From a virus (lineage: Duplodnaviria > Heunggongvirae > Uroviricota > Caudoviricetes), in the IMG/VR virus record IMGVR_UViG_3300017963_002532, positions 1 through 64,000 of that record: a stretch of 64,000 nucleotides of DNA; one strand, given 5' to 3'. The position numbers and the translations under genes were made by a program. Below the pieces are notes generated by a model, which was not told the DNA's origin, ran no database searches, and saw nothing but the letters and a program-made list of their open reading frames with translations. Shown here piece by piece: positions 45,681 through 54,675 of the stretch (the stretch's first letter is position 1; the number at the start of each line of letters is the position of its first letter).

Positions 45681-46530
45681 TCTCCAAGTCCACGTTCCCG
45701 CTGGCTGTCCTAACCGGTGCCCGTTCTGCTGCTCGGCAGCACACCACAACCAGATGGACGCCCGGTTCCCCGTCACTCCGTCGATCTTCATCCCGCGTAT
45801 GAACTACGCCCGGGAGCATGGGTGCGACTTCTTGATGCTGACCAGCACGGGTGAGCCCACCATGAATCTGGAATACATCCACGATATCCTGGCGGTCAAC
45901 CAAAGTCTGCGTACGCCATTCGACGCGATTGATCTACAAACCAGCGGCGCTGGATTGAACGTTGGGACCCTGGAAGAGTTGCGTGCGGCTGGTGTCACCA
46001 CGATCGCGCTCTCTGTTGCGTATCTCTTGGACGACGATAAGAACGCCGAGATCATGCGCACGCCGGAGAAGCTGCGGTATAAGATCTGCACGCTCGCTCA
46101 CTTGATTCGCACCAATGGGTTCACCCTGCGGCTGTGTCTCAACCTCACATCGGAGTATGATGCGGATCATGTTCATGAGATCTTTCATGCTGCCCGCCTT
46201 GTTGGCGCAGATCAGGTAACGTTCAAGAGACTGTATGCTAACGCAGCGCCCCGGAACAGGGACGAGCGAGAGATTCGCTCCTGGGTGATCAAGAACCGCG
46301 AGGAGACGAAAGATCTCTCCGAAGAGATCGACTGCTACATCCGAACCAACGGACGTAAGATGTCTCTTCTCCCCGGTGGCGAAGAGGTCTACTCGATCCA
46401 GGGAATGAGCACCGTTCTCATGACCGACTGCCAGGGGCAGCGCATCACCGACACCCCGCGCTACTACATCCTCCGACCGAACGGTAAGCTGTATACGCGG
46501 TGGGATGACGACGGCTCGATTGTTTTCTAA
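45673..46530 (+). CDS. radical SAM-like protein (285 aa)
   Basis: CPNRCPFCCS (CxxxCxxC) and LTSTGEPTM motifs. Confidence 0.6.
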   Translation: MRSLQVHVPAGCPNRCPFCCSAAHHNQMDARFPVTPSIFIPRMNYAREHGCDFLMLTSTGEPTMNLEYIHDILAVNQSLRTPFDAIDLQTSGAGLNVGTLEELRAAGVTTIALSVAYLLDDDKNAEIMRTPEKLRYKICTLAHLIRTNGFTLRLCLNLTSEYDADHVHEIFHAARLVGADQVTFKRLYANAAPRNRDEREIRSWVIKNREETKDLSEEIDCYIRTNGRKMSLLPGGEEVYSIQGMSTVLMTDCQGQRITDTPRYYILRPNGKLYTRWDDDGSIVF

Positions 46531-46555
46531 AAAGTCTGAAATAACTACCCCCGGG

Positions 46556-46567
46556 GTGAGTTATAAT
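46556..46567 (+). promoter_or_regulatory. GAGTTATAATAG promoter-like motif
   Basis: 32 nt upstream of ATG 46599. Confidence 0.5.
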
Positions 46568-46598
46568 AGTGAGAGCAGACGTTCTATAGGGATACAAC

Positions 46599-48644
46599 AT
46601 GAGCATCCAAGACAGATTTCCTATTGATTGCCGCGTGCGGTTGACCCACGCCGACCCGGGACTCACCCACTTTAATGGGAAGACGGGGACCGTAGTGGGC
46701 TACAACGACGAAGATAGTTGGGACCCGTTCCTGAACATCACTCTTGACGGCGAAGAAAACAGCCGCATCTTCCGCCCGAGTAACGTCGAACGGATCGAGC
46801 CCCACTTCAAGAAGGGAATGTCGGTGCTGGTGCGCGATATGGACGGCATCCATGTTCTCTTCCGCAACCAGCCCGGCAAGGTTCTCCATATCGACTCCAT
46901 CGGGCGTGTTGTAGTTGCCCTGGATGACTCCAGTATTATCCAGCGCGTGCGCGACCCATTCACCCCCATCACCCCCAACGTCATTCACTTCAACCCGGAG
47001 CACCTCATCCTAATCGGCAAGTTCAAGTTCAAGAAGAATGAGTTCGTCCGCGTCAACGGTAAGCACAAAGAGTATGGCAACTTCACCGGCAAGGTTCAGA
47101 AGTGCGAACGTCGTAACGAGCGCCGGTTCTATAATGTGGATTTCTTGAGTATTCATGGCGCTCTCAACACCGTCACGTTTGAAGAGAAGGATCTCTGTCC
47201 TTCACGGGGCAGTCGTGCCTACTTCTGCCCCAACTTCCTACAGGGTGAGCCGGTCACGGTGCGCGGTCAGAACGCCGTGGTCACTAAAGAGGCTCGGTCA
47301 TCCCTGAGTGCGGCATACCGCGTGCAATTCGAGAACGGTCGCAAGGGCTCATTCCTGCCAAGCCAGATGGAGTCCCGCTATCGTGTGGGTCGAGAGGTCG
47401 AGTTCTTCAACGGCATCACCTGGGCAAAGGGAAAGGTCCAGCGGGTTGACCGCTTCTCACGTGGGCGTCGAGCGTTCGTGATCGGCGTAGAAACCTTTAC
47501 GGGACACGTGCGGGAGATCCCCTACGATGCCGACGAGGTTCGACTGCCAGTTGCGAAGCCTCTCAACCCAAGTTTGGACGACCTGATGAACAACGTCGTC
47601 TATCCCTACCTGGGTGCGTATACGAAAGAAATCATGGCGGTCCAGCCGATGATGAGCACGTTGCTGGATGGACCCCGCTATCCCCTCGAATACAAGTGCG
47701 AATTTATTAATCCTAAGAAGGAGACACCGGAAATGGATCTCAAGTTCAAGGTCGGCGATGCCGTAGAGGCTCTCTTGGACGCCCGCCACGGCAGCAACAA
47801 GGAAGTATGGCGGAAGGGCAAGGTCACCCGCGTTGATGACACCGATCCTGGTCTCCCCTACTTCGTGGATTTCGATGGCGATGCTATCGATGGTTGGACC
47901 CACAACGACCGGCTGCGCCCCGCCGGGGTGGCGGCACCCAAGCCGGTCGAAGAGAAGATCGAGGTCGGCGATATCATCCTGGATGGGGTCAGAAAGTCAG
48001 AGCCACAGGAAACAAATACCCCGGCAGAGCCGGATGAAACCCCCACCCCCGAAGTGGAAGGAAATGACGAGATGAAGAGTCTGATCCCGAACCCCGAACT
48101 CAACGGAACGTTCGTGCTACTCGGCACCGGACACCACTTTGACGAAGAGGAAAGGGTTCACATCCTCCTCGACGCCTCTCCCGACGATGGCGGTAAGGTC
48201 ATCGGCTACGGTGACAAGTTCTACGCCAACGAGGTATGGGCTGATCACATGATCCTCAATCTACCGTCCAATATGGGCGACCGCATCCTCCGGATGAGCT
48301 ACGCAGACCTTCTCTCCGTTCACCAGCGCGTCAACGACCTGCGCAGCCAGCGCCCTGAGTGCGACTGGTGCAGAGAGCCGGTTCCCTTCGGCGGCACCGA
48401 GTATTGCAAAAGGCACGCCGCCATCGCACGTGCGAACGAGCGCAGGGCAAAAGAGCGTCAGGCTCGCCGTGAGGCGAACGCCCCGCGTCGTCGGAAGATC
48501 TGCCGCGTCCTCTATGCCGCGATCCTGGTCGGCGGTCTCGCTTTCGCCAGCGTGGACTTCAAGAATGGGACCGTGAGGTCTTGGGTTAAGAACACCGCGC
48601 AAAGCGCGGGACACTTCCTGAAGGATCTCGGACAGGACAGGTAG
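46599..48644 (+). CDS. large protein with about six tandem SH3/Tudor/KOW-like repeats, C-terminal zinc ribbon and TM helix (681 aa)
   Basis: recurrent GK-x-G-x-V cores (NGKTGTVVGY, QPGKVLHIDSIGRVVV, TGKVQKCER, WAKGKVQRVD, WRKGKVTRVDD); CDWCRE...CKRH; VLYAAILVGGLAFA. Confidence 0.55.
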   Translation: MSIQDRFPIDCRVRLTHADPGLTHFNGKTGTVVGYNDEDSWDPFLNITLDGEENSRIFRPSNVERIEPHFKKGMSVLVRDMDGIHVLFRNQPGKVLHIDSIGRVVVALDDSSIIQRVRDPFTPITPNVIHFNPEHLILIGKFKFKKNEFVRVNGKHKEYGNFTGKVQKCERRNERRFYNVDFLSIHGALNTVTFEEKDLCPSRGSRAYFCPNFLQGEPVTVRGQNAVVTKEARSSLSAAYRVQFENGRKGSFLPSQMESRYRVGREVEFFNGITWAKGKVQRVDRFSRGRRAFVIGVETFTGHVREIPYDADEVRLPVAKPLNPSLDDLMNNVVYPYLGAYTKEIMAVQPMMSTLLDGPRYPLEYKCEFINPKKETPEMDLKFKVGDAVEALLDARHGSNKEVWRKGKVTRVDDTDPGLPYFVDFDGDAIDGWTHNDRLRPAGVAAPKPVEEKIEVGDIILDGVRKSEPQETNTPAEPDETPTPEVEGNDEMKSLIPNPELNGTFVLLGTGHHFDEEERVHILLDASPDDGGKVIGYGDKFYANEVWADHMILNLPSNMGDRILRMSYADLLSVHQRVNDLRSQRPECDWCREPVPFGGTEYCKRHAAIARANERRAKERQARREANAPRRRKICRVLYAAILVGGLAFASVDFKNGTVRSWVKNTAQSAGHFLKDLGQDR

Positions 48645-48658
48645 CTACGGGGGTAAAA

Positions 48659-49324
48659 ATGGGCGACAAGCATTGTCCGCATTGCGGTGAACTAATGGCT
48701 TGCCCGTTCGGGCAGTTCTTCTATTGCAAGAACGACTGCGACAAGAAACAAGCAACAGAGAACGAGGGAGCCTCCGTCTCGGCACACGCTAAGGACGGGT
48801 GGTTCCCTCTTTCCGGTTGGAGACTAGTCCAGTCGCCACTCACACGATTAACGGTAGACAAGGGCTATGATGATGCCGGTAAGGTGCTTCTACTAGATGC
48901 ACCGAACATTCTGGGTATCTATACACACATACCAGGATTCCGGTTCACTCGCAAACGATTCTCAGACGGCAACACAAGCGGCTACTTCTATATCGGTACG
49001 AATAGAGGTCTCTCCCAGTTTTATTGGCATCACGACGATCCTGCGAAACAGATCGGGTATTTCGGTGCCAAATTCAAGTTTAAGATGACTGACGGCACCG
49101 TGAAGCTGGTTAAGGGACCATTCTCGTCACGCGCTGGCGCTATTAATATGTGTGTCGAAGAAGACTCTCTAAAGATGGTGGATATAGTAATTGAAGAATC
49201 CCAGGGTAGGTATCAGAGACGTCATGTGACACTCCCGTTCGCCCACCATATGGCAGCACATCTTGGACTGAATGTGTATGCAATCAAGCGCGGACACGAA
49301 CCCTACTACGTGGTGCAACAGTAA
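48659..49324 (+). CDS. zinc-ribbon-headed paralog P1 (221 aa)
   Basis: N-terminus CPHCGELMACPFGQFFYCKNDCD shared with 49803 and 50249 genes. Confidence 0.55.
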   Translation: MGDKHCPHCGELMACPFGQFFYCKNDCDKKQATENEGASVSAHAKDGWFPLSGWRLVQSPLTRLTVDKGYDDAGKVLLLDAPNILGIYTHIPGFRFTRKRFSDGNTSGYFYIGTNRGLSQFYWHHDDPAKQIGYFGAKFKFKMTDGTVKLVKGPFSSRAGAINMCVEEDSLKMVDIVIEESQGRYQRRHVTLPFAHHMAAHLGLNVYAIKRGHEPYYVVQQ

Positions 49325-49515
49325 TGACCACGCCTCCGACACAGACCTGTGCTGATTGTGGAGCCCGAAAGGATCTCCATTACTGCTGCGCGTGCGACGC
49401 CTACTACTGCCCGGAGCACTGTTGCTATAATACCAAGCTGTCTGAAGGTAACAAAAAGGCGACTCTCATAATGAAGAAGAGTATCCGCCGCAAGGGAAAG
49501 AAGAAAGATGCCTGA
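49324..49515 (+). CDS. small Cys-rich protein (63 aa)
   Basis: CADCG...HYCCACDAYYCPEHCCYN. Confidence 0.45.
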   Translation: MTTPPTQTCADCGARKDLHYCCACDAYYCPEHCCYNTKLSEGNKKATLIMKKSIRRKGKKKDA

Positions 49516-49801
49516 CTCTGAAGATAAGTTCTACGGATGCATGGACGGTGCCTGTATCATTCAGCGCCCGAAAGGGATGCACACCAACGGCGGTTGCAAG
49601 TGCCTGAGTGAGCTACATATTCGGTTTCGTCCCCGTATTCGCGCGGGCATTATGCGTTTGCGCGAGCAGAGAAACGTCCTGCGCGGTCGCCTCCTCTCTA
49701 TCGTAGAGAATTTGGGGCTGCGTCAGTGCAAAAGATGCGGTCACTATCACCAGGACGGTCACCGCTGCTACGAATGTGGACACGACCCTTCGGACGATTG
49801 A
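49508..49801 (+). CDS. small Cys-rich protein (97 aa)
   Basis: CMDGAC...GGCKC...CKRCGHYHQDGHRCYECGH. Confidence 0.45.
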   Translation: MPDSEDKFYGCMDGACIIQRPKGMHTNGGCKCLSELHIRFRPRIRAGIMRLREQRNVLRGRLLSIVENLGLRQCKRCGHYHQDGHRCYECGHDPSDD

Positions 49802-49802
49802 A

Positions 49803-50246
49803 ATGACACCACGAATATGCCCCCACTGTCACCAGGAGATGGAATGTCCGTTCGGACAGTTCTTCTACTGCAAGAACGACTGTGACCTGAAGCTGAAGAA
49901 GATCCCCGAGATGGTGGGGGAGGTCACAAAACCGGTGCGTTATCTAGCCGAACAGATGGGTTATACGGTCGAGACACTAAAAGAACTAGAAAAGACCCTA
50001 CAAAAATACTACGCCCTTCACGTGGGCGACGACGTGGCTCTGACGCCGGAGGGAAACTCGCTTTGGTCTCAGACCTGGGGGAGCGACGGGCAGGTAGACC
50101 CTGACTCTTATCCTTACGGGGTGGGAGATCGAGGGACTGTTCTGTCTGTTGATACGGACTTCACTATGATTCAGATGCTTTCGGACAAGGGCTGGTGGAT
50201 TAAGTTGCCAGCCAAAGACGTGCATACTTGGTTTGAAAAGGTATAG
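49803..50246 (+). CDS. zinc-ribbon-headed paralog P2 (147 aa)
   Basis: CPHCHQEMECPFGQFFYCKNDCD. Confidence 0.55.
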   Translation: MTPRICPHCHQEMECPFGQFFYCKNDCDLKLKKIPEMVGEVTKPVRYLAEQMGYTVETLKELEKTLQKYYALHVGDDVALTPEGNSLWSQTWGSDGQVDPDSYPYGVGDRGTVLSVDTDFTMIQMLSDKGWWIKLPAKDVHTWFEKV

Positions 50247-50248
50247 AA

Positions 50249-50902
50249 ATGAAGTGCCAAAACTGCGCAACCGAAATGACCTGCGTGTTCCTTGACTGGT
50301 ATTGCCCCAAGGGCTGTCTCCCCGACGACTTCGACGTGAATCGTTGGCTGAAGCTCGGTGTCAAGCTGGTTCTGACCCAAAAGGGGTTCGATGAACTGGC
50401 GACTGCCGCCCCTATCATCAAAGAAGCGGGTGTCACGCCCGGAACAATCGTCACGATCATGTCGTTACCCGCAGAAACCAACAATCACCTCCTCCACTGC
50501 TCGTGGGATGACGACGAGATTGATTTCTACGGTCGGGATGAATACCTGATCATCCATCCGGACGCGCTCGGCTCCCTGTTCGAGCTACACGCCATGCCGT
50601 CAGAGCCGGTGGTCGAGGTCGTGGAAGACGTGCCTGAAGCTCCGAAGCCCGCCAATGCGAAGCACTGGTTTGTCCAAGGTGAGACCTTCACCCTGACCGA
50701 CTACGGTGCGAAGCAAATGAACGGCACCTACCCTCGCCCGAACGGCAACACGTGGAAGAAGGGCGACTACGGCAGCGTGGTCAAGACTCCCACAGGTATT
50801 CGTGGAAAGTTCAGGATGGATATCGAGCCCGGTCAAGAATACGACTGCACAATCGACGGAGACGTCCTCGACAAGTGCTTTGAGAAAGAGTCCACGTTCT
50901 AA
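50249..50902 (+). CDS. zinc-ribbon-headed paralog P3 (217 aa)
   Basis: CQNCATEMTCVFLDWYCPKGC. Confidence 0.5.
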   Translation: MKCQNCATEMTCVFLDWYCPKGCLPDDFDVNRWLKLGVKLVLTQKGFDELATAAPIIKEAGVTPGTIVTIMSLPAETNNHLLHCSWDDDEIDFYGRDEYLIIHPDALGSLFELHAMPSEPVVEVVEDVPEAPKPANAKHWFVQGETFTLTDYGAKQMNGTYPRPNGNTWKKGDYGSVVKTPTGIRGKFRMDIEPGQEYDCTIDGDVLDKCFEKESTF

Positions 50903-50918
50903 CCGATCGGAGGTCGTA

Positions 50919-51080
50919 ATGATAATGAATAGAATCTCAGAGTGGCTGTCACAGCCGATAGAGATGGGTATTGGGAAAGCGACCCTGTTGTGCTGCGTCC
51001 TGCCATTCGTAGGTGGGCTCGCAGCGGGCGCTGGAATCATCGCGCTGGTCGGCAACGACCTGTTCCCGTTCTGGTTCTGA
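50919..51080 (+). CDS. small membrane protein (53 aa)
   Basis: GGAGG RBS; LLCCVLPFVGGLAAGAGIIALVG. Confidence 0.4.
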   Translation: MIMNRISEWLSQPIEMGIGKATLLCCVLPFVGGLAAGAGIIALVGNDLFPFWF

Positions 51081-51081
51081 T

Positions 51082-51321
51082 ATGACGCACCCGTTGAAAC
51101 CCTATTGGGACCGCGTTCAAGCCATCCTGGACGAACACCGCGCCTACCTGGATGGCGGCTACATCGAGATAGTCGCCCACGGCATCGCCTACCGATCCAT
51201 CCCCGGAACACGAGGCGTCAGCCGGTGGGTGTCCTGGGAGCCCTACCGCATCCTCTACCACTTCTCTGAGCTACGTGATCCGGACGCCACGGTCCGATGG
51301 GTCCCCTCAGACGCCCTCTAA
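51082..51321 (+). CDS. hypothetical protein (79 aa)
   Basis: ATG 51082 right after the previous stop. Confidence 0.4.
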   Translation: MTHPLKPYWDRVQAILDEHRAYLDGGYIEIVAHGIAYRSIPGTRGVSRWVSWEPYRILYHFSELRDPDATVRWVPSDAL

Positions 51322-51488
51322 TTCGATCTGAGCGATTTTCCTGCCCGACCCCTCCCGCGATACCTTCCGCGCACAAGTAATTACCAAGGGGCTCTCAGAG
51401 CCTCTCCGACGTTCAGACCCAAAGGTCCGAAGTTTTCCGGTTATTTTTAGAATATCAAAATTTTTTATCGTATATAGTAACCGGAGAG

Positions 51489-51499
51489 GAGTTATAACT
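51489..51499 (+). promoter_or_regulatory. GAGTTATAACT promoter-like motif directly abutting ATG
   Basis: GGAGAGGAG-TTATAACT-ATG. Confidence 0.4.
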
Positions 51500-52066
51500 A
51501 TGAGAACGTGTAGAAAATGTGGTCGAACGGATACTGAGTTCTCACCACAACGGAGAATATGTAAGGATTGCCGCAGGGCTGAGATTAGGGAGTGGAAAAG
51601 ACGCAAACAACCGTCTCCCGAAGCAAAGAGGGCTCGTAAACAAGAAAAACGCCGCGCACAAATACAAGACTGGAAACTAAACGGCAAGCCCTGTGGTGCG
51701 TGTGGTGAAAGAAAATCCCTAGATCAGTACTACAGACTCCCGGATGGGGTTCTTGGTCCTAAATTTACATCGAGGTGTAGAGAATGCACGACACAATACT
51801 ACCGCGACAACAAGGGGCGTATCTCCGCCCGGCGTCAGGTTCGAAAGTCTGAGAATCCTCTGCGAGAACTCGCTCATGATTTTGTGAAGATCGCCATCCG
51901 TCGAGGCTATCTCATCAGACCGGATAACTGTTCTCAGTGTGGTCTGAAATGCACCCCAGACGGGCATCATGCCGACTATCATCGTCCGCTCGACGTCGTG
52001 TGGCTATGCCGAAGCTGCCACAAGAAGTTGCACGCGAATGACACTTCAACTAAATCGGTAACATAA
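51500..52066 (+). CDS. HNH endonuclease (188 aa)
   Basis: CRKCG...CKDC...CGACG...CREC...DGHHADYHRP...CRSCH. Confidence 0.7.
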   Translation: MRTCRKCGRTDTEFSPQRRICKDCRRAEIREWKRRKQPSPEAKRARKQEKRRAQIQDWKLNGKPCGACGERKSLDQYYRLPDGVLGPKFTSRCRECTTQYYRDNKGRISARRQVRKSENPLRELAHDFVKIAIRRGYLIRPDNCSQCGLKCTPDGHHADYHRPLDVVWLCRSCHKKLHANDTSTKSVT

Positions 52067-52079
52067 AAACCGAGTTACC

Positions 52080-52535
52080 GGCTTTCCAAAATTCCAGCTA
52101 CGGGTCGCTCAGATTTCTAGCTACCGGTGTGTGTTTTCACGGAAGACCGGTTCTCTCTTCATTTTTCGACCGTGTGTTTTTTGAAAGTGAACCACGGCTT
52201 TCTTTTGTATCAATACGGGACGTTTTTATTCTCAAACCGGGACGTTTTCAGTCTCAGATCGGTACACATGAAAAAGAGTTACGGGTCTTTTTATCTGAAC
52301 ATCGTTTGCTTTTTTCTCATTTTGGGACGCTCTCCGATCTTCGGGTCGTTTTATCTGAAGATGCGTGCTCAAAAATGAACATATATAGGAAATTCGCAGG
52401 ACCCCGAAAACCGCAAGGATTTCCAGGTTTCATTTACGATTTTAACGTATCTATATATAGAGGCTCCACCTCGGAGATAAGTAATATAGTGGGTCGCTCC
52501 TGCGGCACCACATAATCACGAAAGAGGAGGCTACC
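52080..52535. repeat. 456-bp noncoding repeat-rich region (iteron-like direct repeats, AT-rich tracts, TATATATA box)
   Basis: CGGGACGTTTT x2 (about 52212, 52238); GGGTC(T/G)TTTTATCTGAA(C/G)AT x2 (about 52282, 52345); AGCTAC(G/C)GGT x2 (about 52107, 52127); no ORF. Confidence 0.55.
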
Positions 52536-52976
52536 ATGCCATACCCGGTCCTACACTCCGTTCCTGGCTCTGGTTCCGCGTGCTACAAATACCCGGCTGT
52601 CACTGAAGCCGGAAGTGCGCCTGACGGAGCCGATCCCAACGTCTACGCCGAGCGCCTAACAGGCATGGCGGTATACGTCATCAACCCGGAGGACATTTCT
52701 AGTCTATCCGGTCCCTTCCGCACTACCAAGGTAGTTGTCGGCACCACACCCGTTGCGCTTCCGTCTGGCTCGCGTCTCGAACGCAGGCGTACTATCGCCA
52801 TCGCTAATGAGGGAACCTCGAAGCTGTATATTGCACATGCCAGCGGTACGGCTGCGGCTGATGCATTCCCGATTGCTAACGGTGGTTCTTTGAGCTTCGA
52901 TCTTATGGCACACCAGAACATCTGGGCAATGACTGCCACGGGCACGGCTGATGTTCGCATCATCGAAATTATGTAG
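52536..52976 (+). CDS. hypothetical protein (146 aa), possibly structural
   Basis: strong RBS AAGAGGAGG; Gly/Ala/Thr-rich beta-like composition. Confidence 0.55.
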   Translation: MPYPVLHSVPGSGSACYKYPAVTEAGSAPDGADPNVYAERLTGMAVYVINPEDISSLSGPFRTTKVVVGTTPVALPSGSRLERRRTIAIANEGTSKLYIAHASGTAAADAFPIANGGSLSFDLMAHQNIWAMTATGTADVRIIEIM

Positions 52977-52984
52977 GTAGTCCG

Positions 52985-53944
52985 ATGACGTTGACTGTAC
53001 AGAGTATCGGAATTGGACGCGACTTTACGTCCATTGCGGCGTGGGAGGCTGCGACCGAATCATCTGGTAATATCCAGAGGGGCGAAGTCTATGATGATAA
53101 AATCTATGACGAGAGCCTCACTATTACTGGCTTGGGCTCGCCCAGCGCGGCTAATCATAGACAGTTGGTTGCCGCTGACGGGGAAAAGTACAGTCCGCTT
53201 ACAAATACTGGCGTGAGAATCATTACCGCCGATCTACCACTAACCCTTGAAGAATCATTTACTCAGGTTAGCGGTATACGCGTTGAGACTACGGGTAATA
53301 AGTATTGTCTACTAACGGCGTTTGATCCAACACCAACCGACCTACTACTTGTAGACTCTTACTTTAAGACAGATGAAGACAGCGTCTTCGACTGCCTGTC
53401 TCTTACTCACACGTCGGGTATGATATATAATTGTATTGTTGTCGGTGGCTCTCTGGGTATTAATAAGGCTGATGCCGGCGAGTGGAATATTTACAACTGC
53501 ACCGTGTATAAGTTCAAAGATTACGGTATTGCTCTTATCTATGGGGAGGCGCGCAATAATATCGCGATCGACCCCAGCGGCGTATCTACTTTATGTTTTG
53601 AAGTAACACAGGCTCAGAAATCAAACAACGTAGCGTCGGACAACTCTGTTGCTGCTCATGCAAACTCGTACGGTAATGAAAGCGCACTAGATATACTCAC
53701 CGACCCAGACGGCGATGACTTTACGCCTAAAGGAAATGCGCTAAACAACGGCATCACGCTGGGCGTGTTTACTCATGATATCGCCGACACCTACAGACCA
53801 CAAGACTCTGGATGGGACATTGGTGCTTACGAATATATCGAAGAACCCGCCGTCGAACCAGACCATATCGTGGTTGGATGGGGCATGATTAGAATCGGCA
53901 GTACAGACATCAACGTCGGAAACGCCGCTTTCAATAGAACATAG
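52985..53944 (+). CDS. beta-helix-like protein (319 aa), candidate tail fibre/spike or depolymerase
   Basis: repeats such as NCIVVGGSLGINKADAGEWNIYNCTVYKFKDYGIALIYG. Confidence 0.45.
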   Translation: MTLTVQSIGIGRDFTSIAAWEAATESSGNIQRGEVYDDKIYDESLTITGLGSPSAANHRQLVAADGEKYSPLTNTGVRIITADLPLTLEESFTQVSGIRVETTGNKYCLLTAFDPTPTDLLLVDSYFKTDEDSVFDCLSLTHTSGMIYNCIVVGGSLGINKADAGEWNIYNCTVYKFKDYGIALIYGEARNNIAIDPSGVSTLCFEVTQAQKSNNVASDNSVAAHANSYGNESALDILTDPDGDDFTPKGNALNNGITLGVFTHDIADTYRPQDSGWDIGAYEYIEEPAVEPDHIVVGWGMIRIGSTDINVGNAAFNRT

Positions 53945-53955
53945 GAGAGGGATTC

Positions 53956-54606
53956 ATGGTTGTTGCAGAGGTTTTAATGATGATTGGCGACGGTCCTGAA
54001 TATAAGGATGGTATGCCTATCCATGTGGCTGGCTCCGGTCTGCACATGACTCCGGCACAAATAGTGAACTGGATTCAGAACAGTGTTACTCCGCCTGGCT
54101 TCACAGAGTTACCAGAAAATGAACAAGATCTGCATAGGCGTCGCATTTTGCAGATCAAGTATCTTACCGCAGGGGGCACTACTCCATCTGGTGCTGCCAC
54201 TATTCGTTTCGGTGACAGATACACGAACGGCACGCCGGAGACCAAGGCTCAAATGGAAGCCACGGCAGCTAGGCATATGGCAAGGGCGACACAGGAAAGG
54301 GCGAGGATACTGGCGCACGGTTATGATACAAACTGGAGCGTGCAGGAGCTAAAACAGTTTGGTGTTATCACAGTTGATCTACCGCCGGGTTTCGCTGAGG
54401 ATATCTCACTAGATCAAATTGATACTAATGCCCATCCATTCGCACCCCTAACAAGAAAGAGGCGTCGTAGGTGGGCTATCCCATATGACACCCTACTGCC
54501 CGCCCCAGAAGTGAGTAGTATGCGCGATGTCAATTCTTATACCGCCGTCAACAGAACCCGGGCGCCGTTTACACCCGCACAAATTAAACAAGCCGCATCG
54601 GCATAA
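53956..54606 (+). CDS. hypothetical protein (216 aa)
   Basis: clean ORF. Confidence 0.5.
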   Translation: MVVAEVLMMIGDGPEYKDGMPIHVAGSGLHMTPAQIVNWIQNSVTPPGFTELPENEQDLHRRRILQIKYLTAGGTTPSGAATIRFGDRYTNGTPETKAQMEATAARHMARATQERARILAHGYDTNWSVQELKQFGVITVDLPPGFAEDISLDQIDTNAHPFAPLTRKRRRRWAIPYDTLLPAPEVSSMRDVNSYTAVNRTRAPFTPAQIKQAASA

Positions 54607-54675
54607 GGGACTATAATGATTGAAGTCAGATGGAACCCGTCTAGGTAAACCGATGATTCGGGTTTAGGAGAAACG

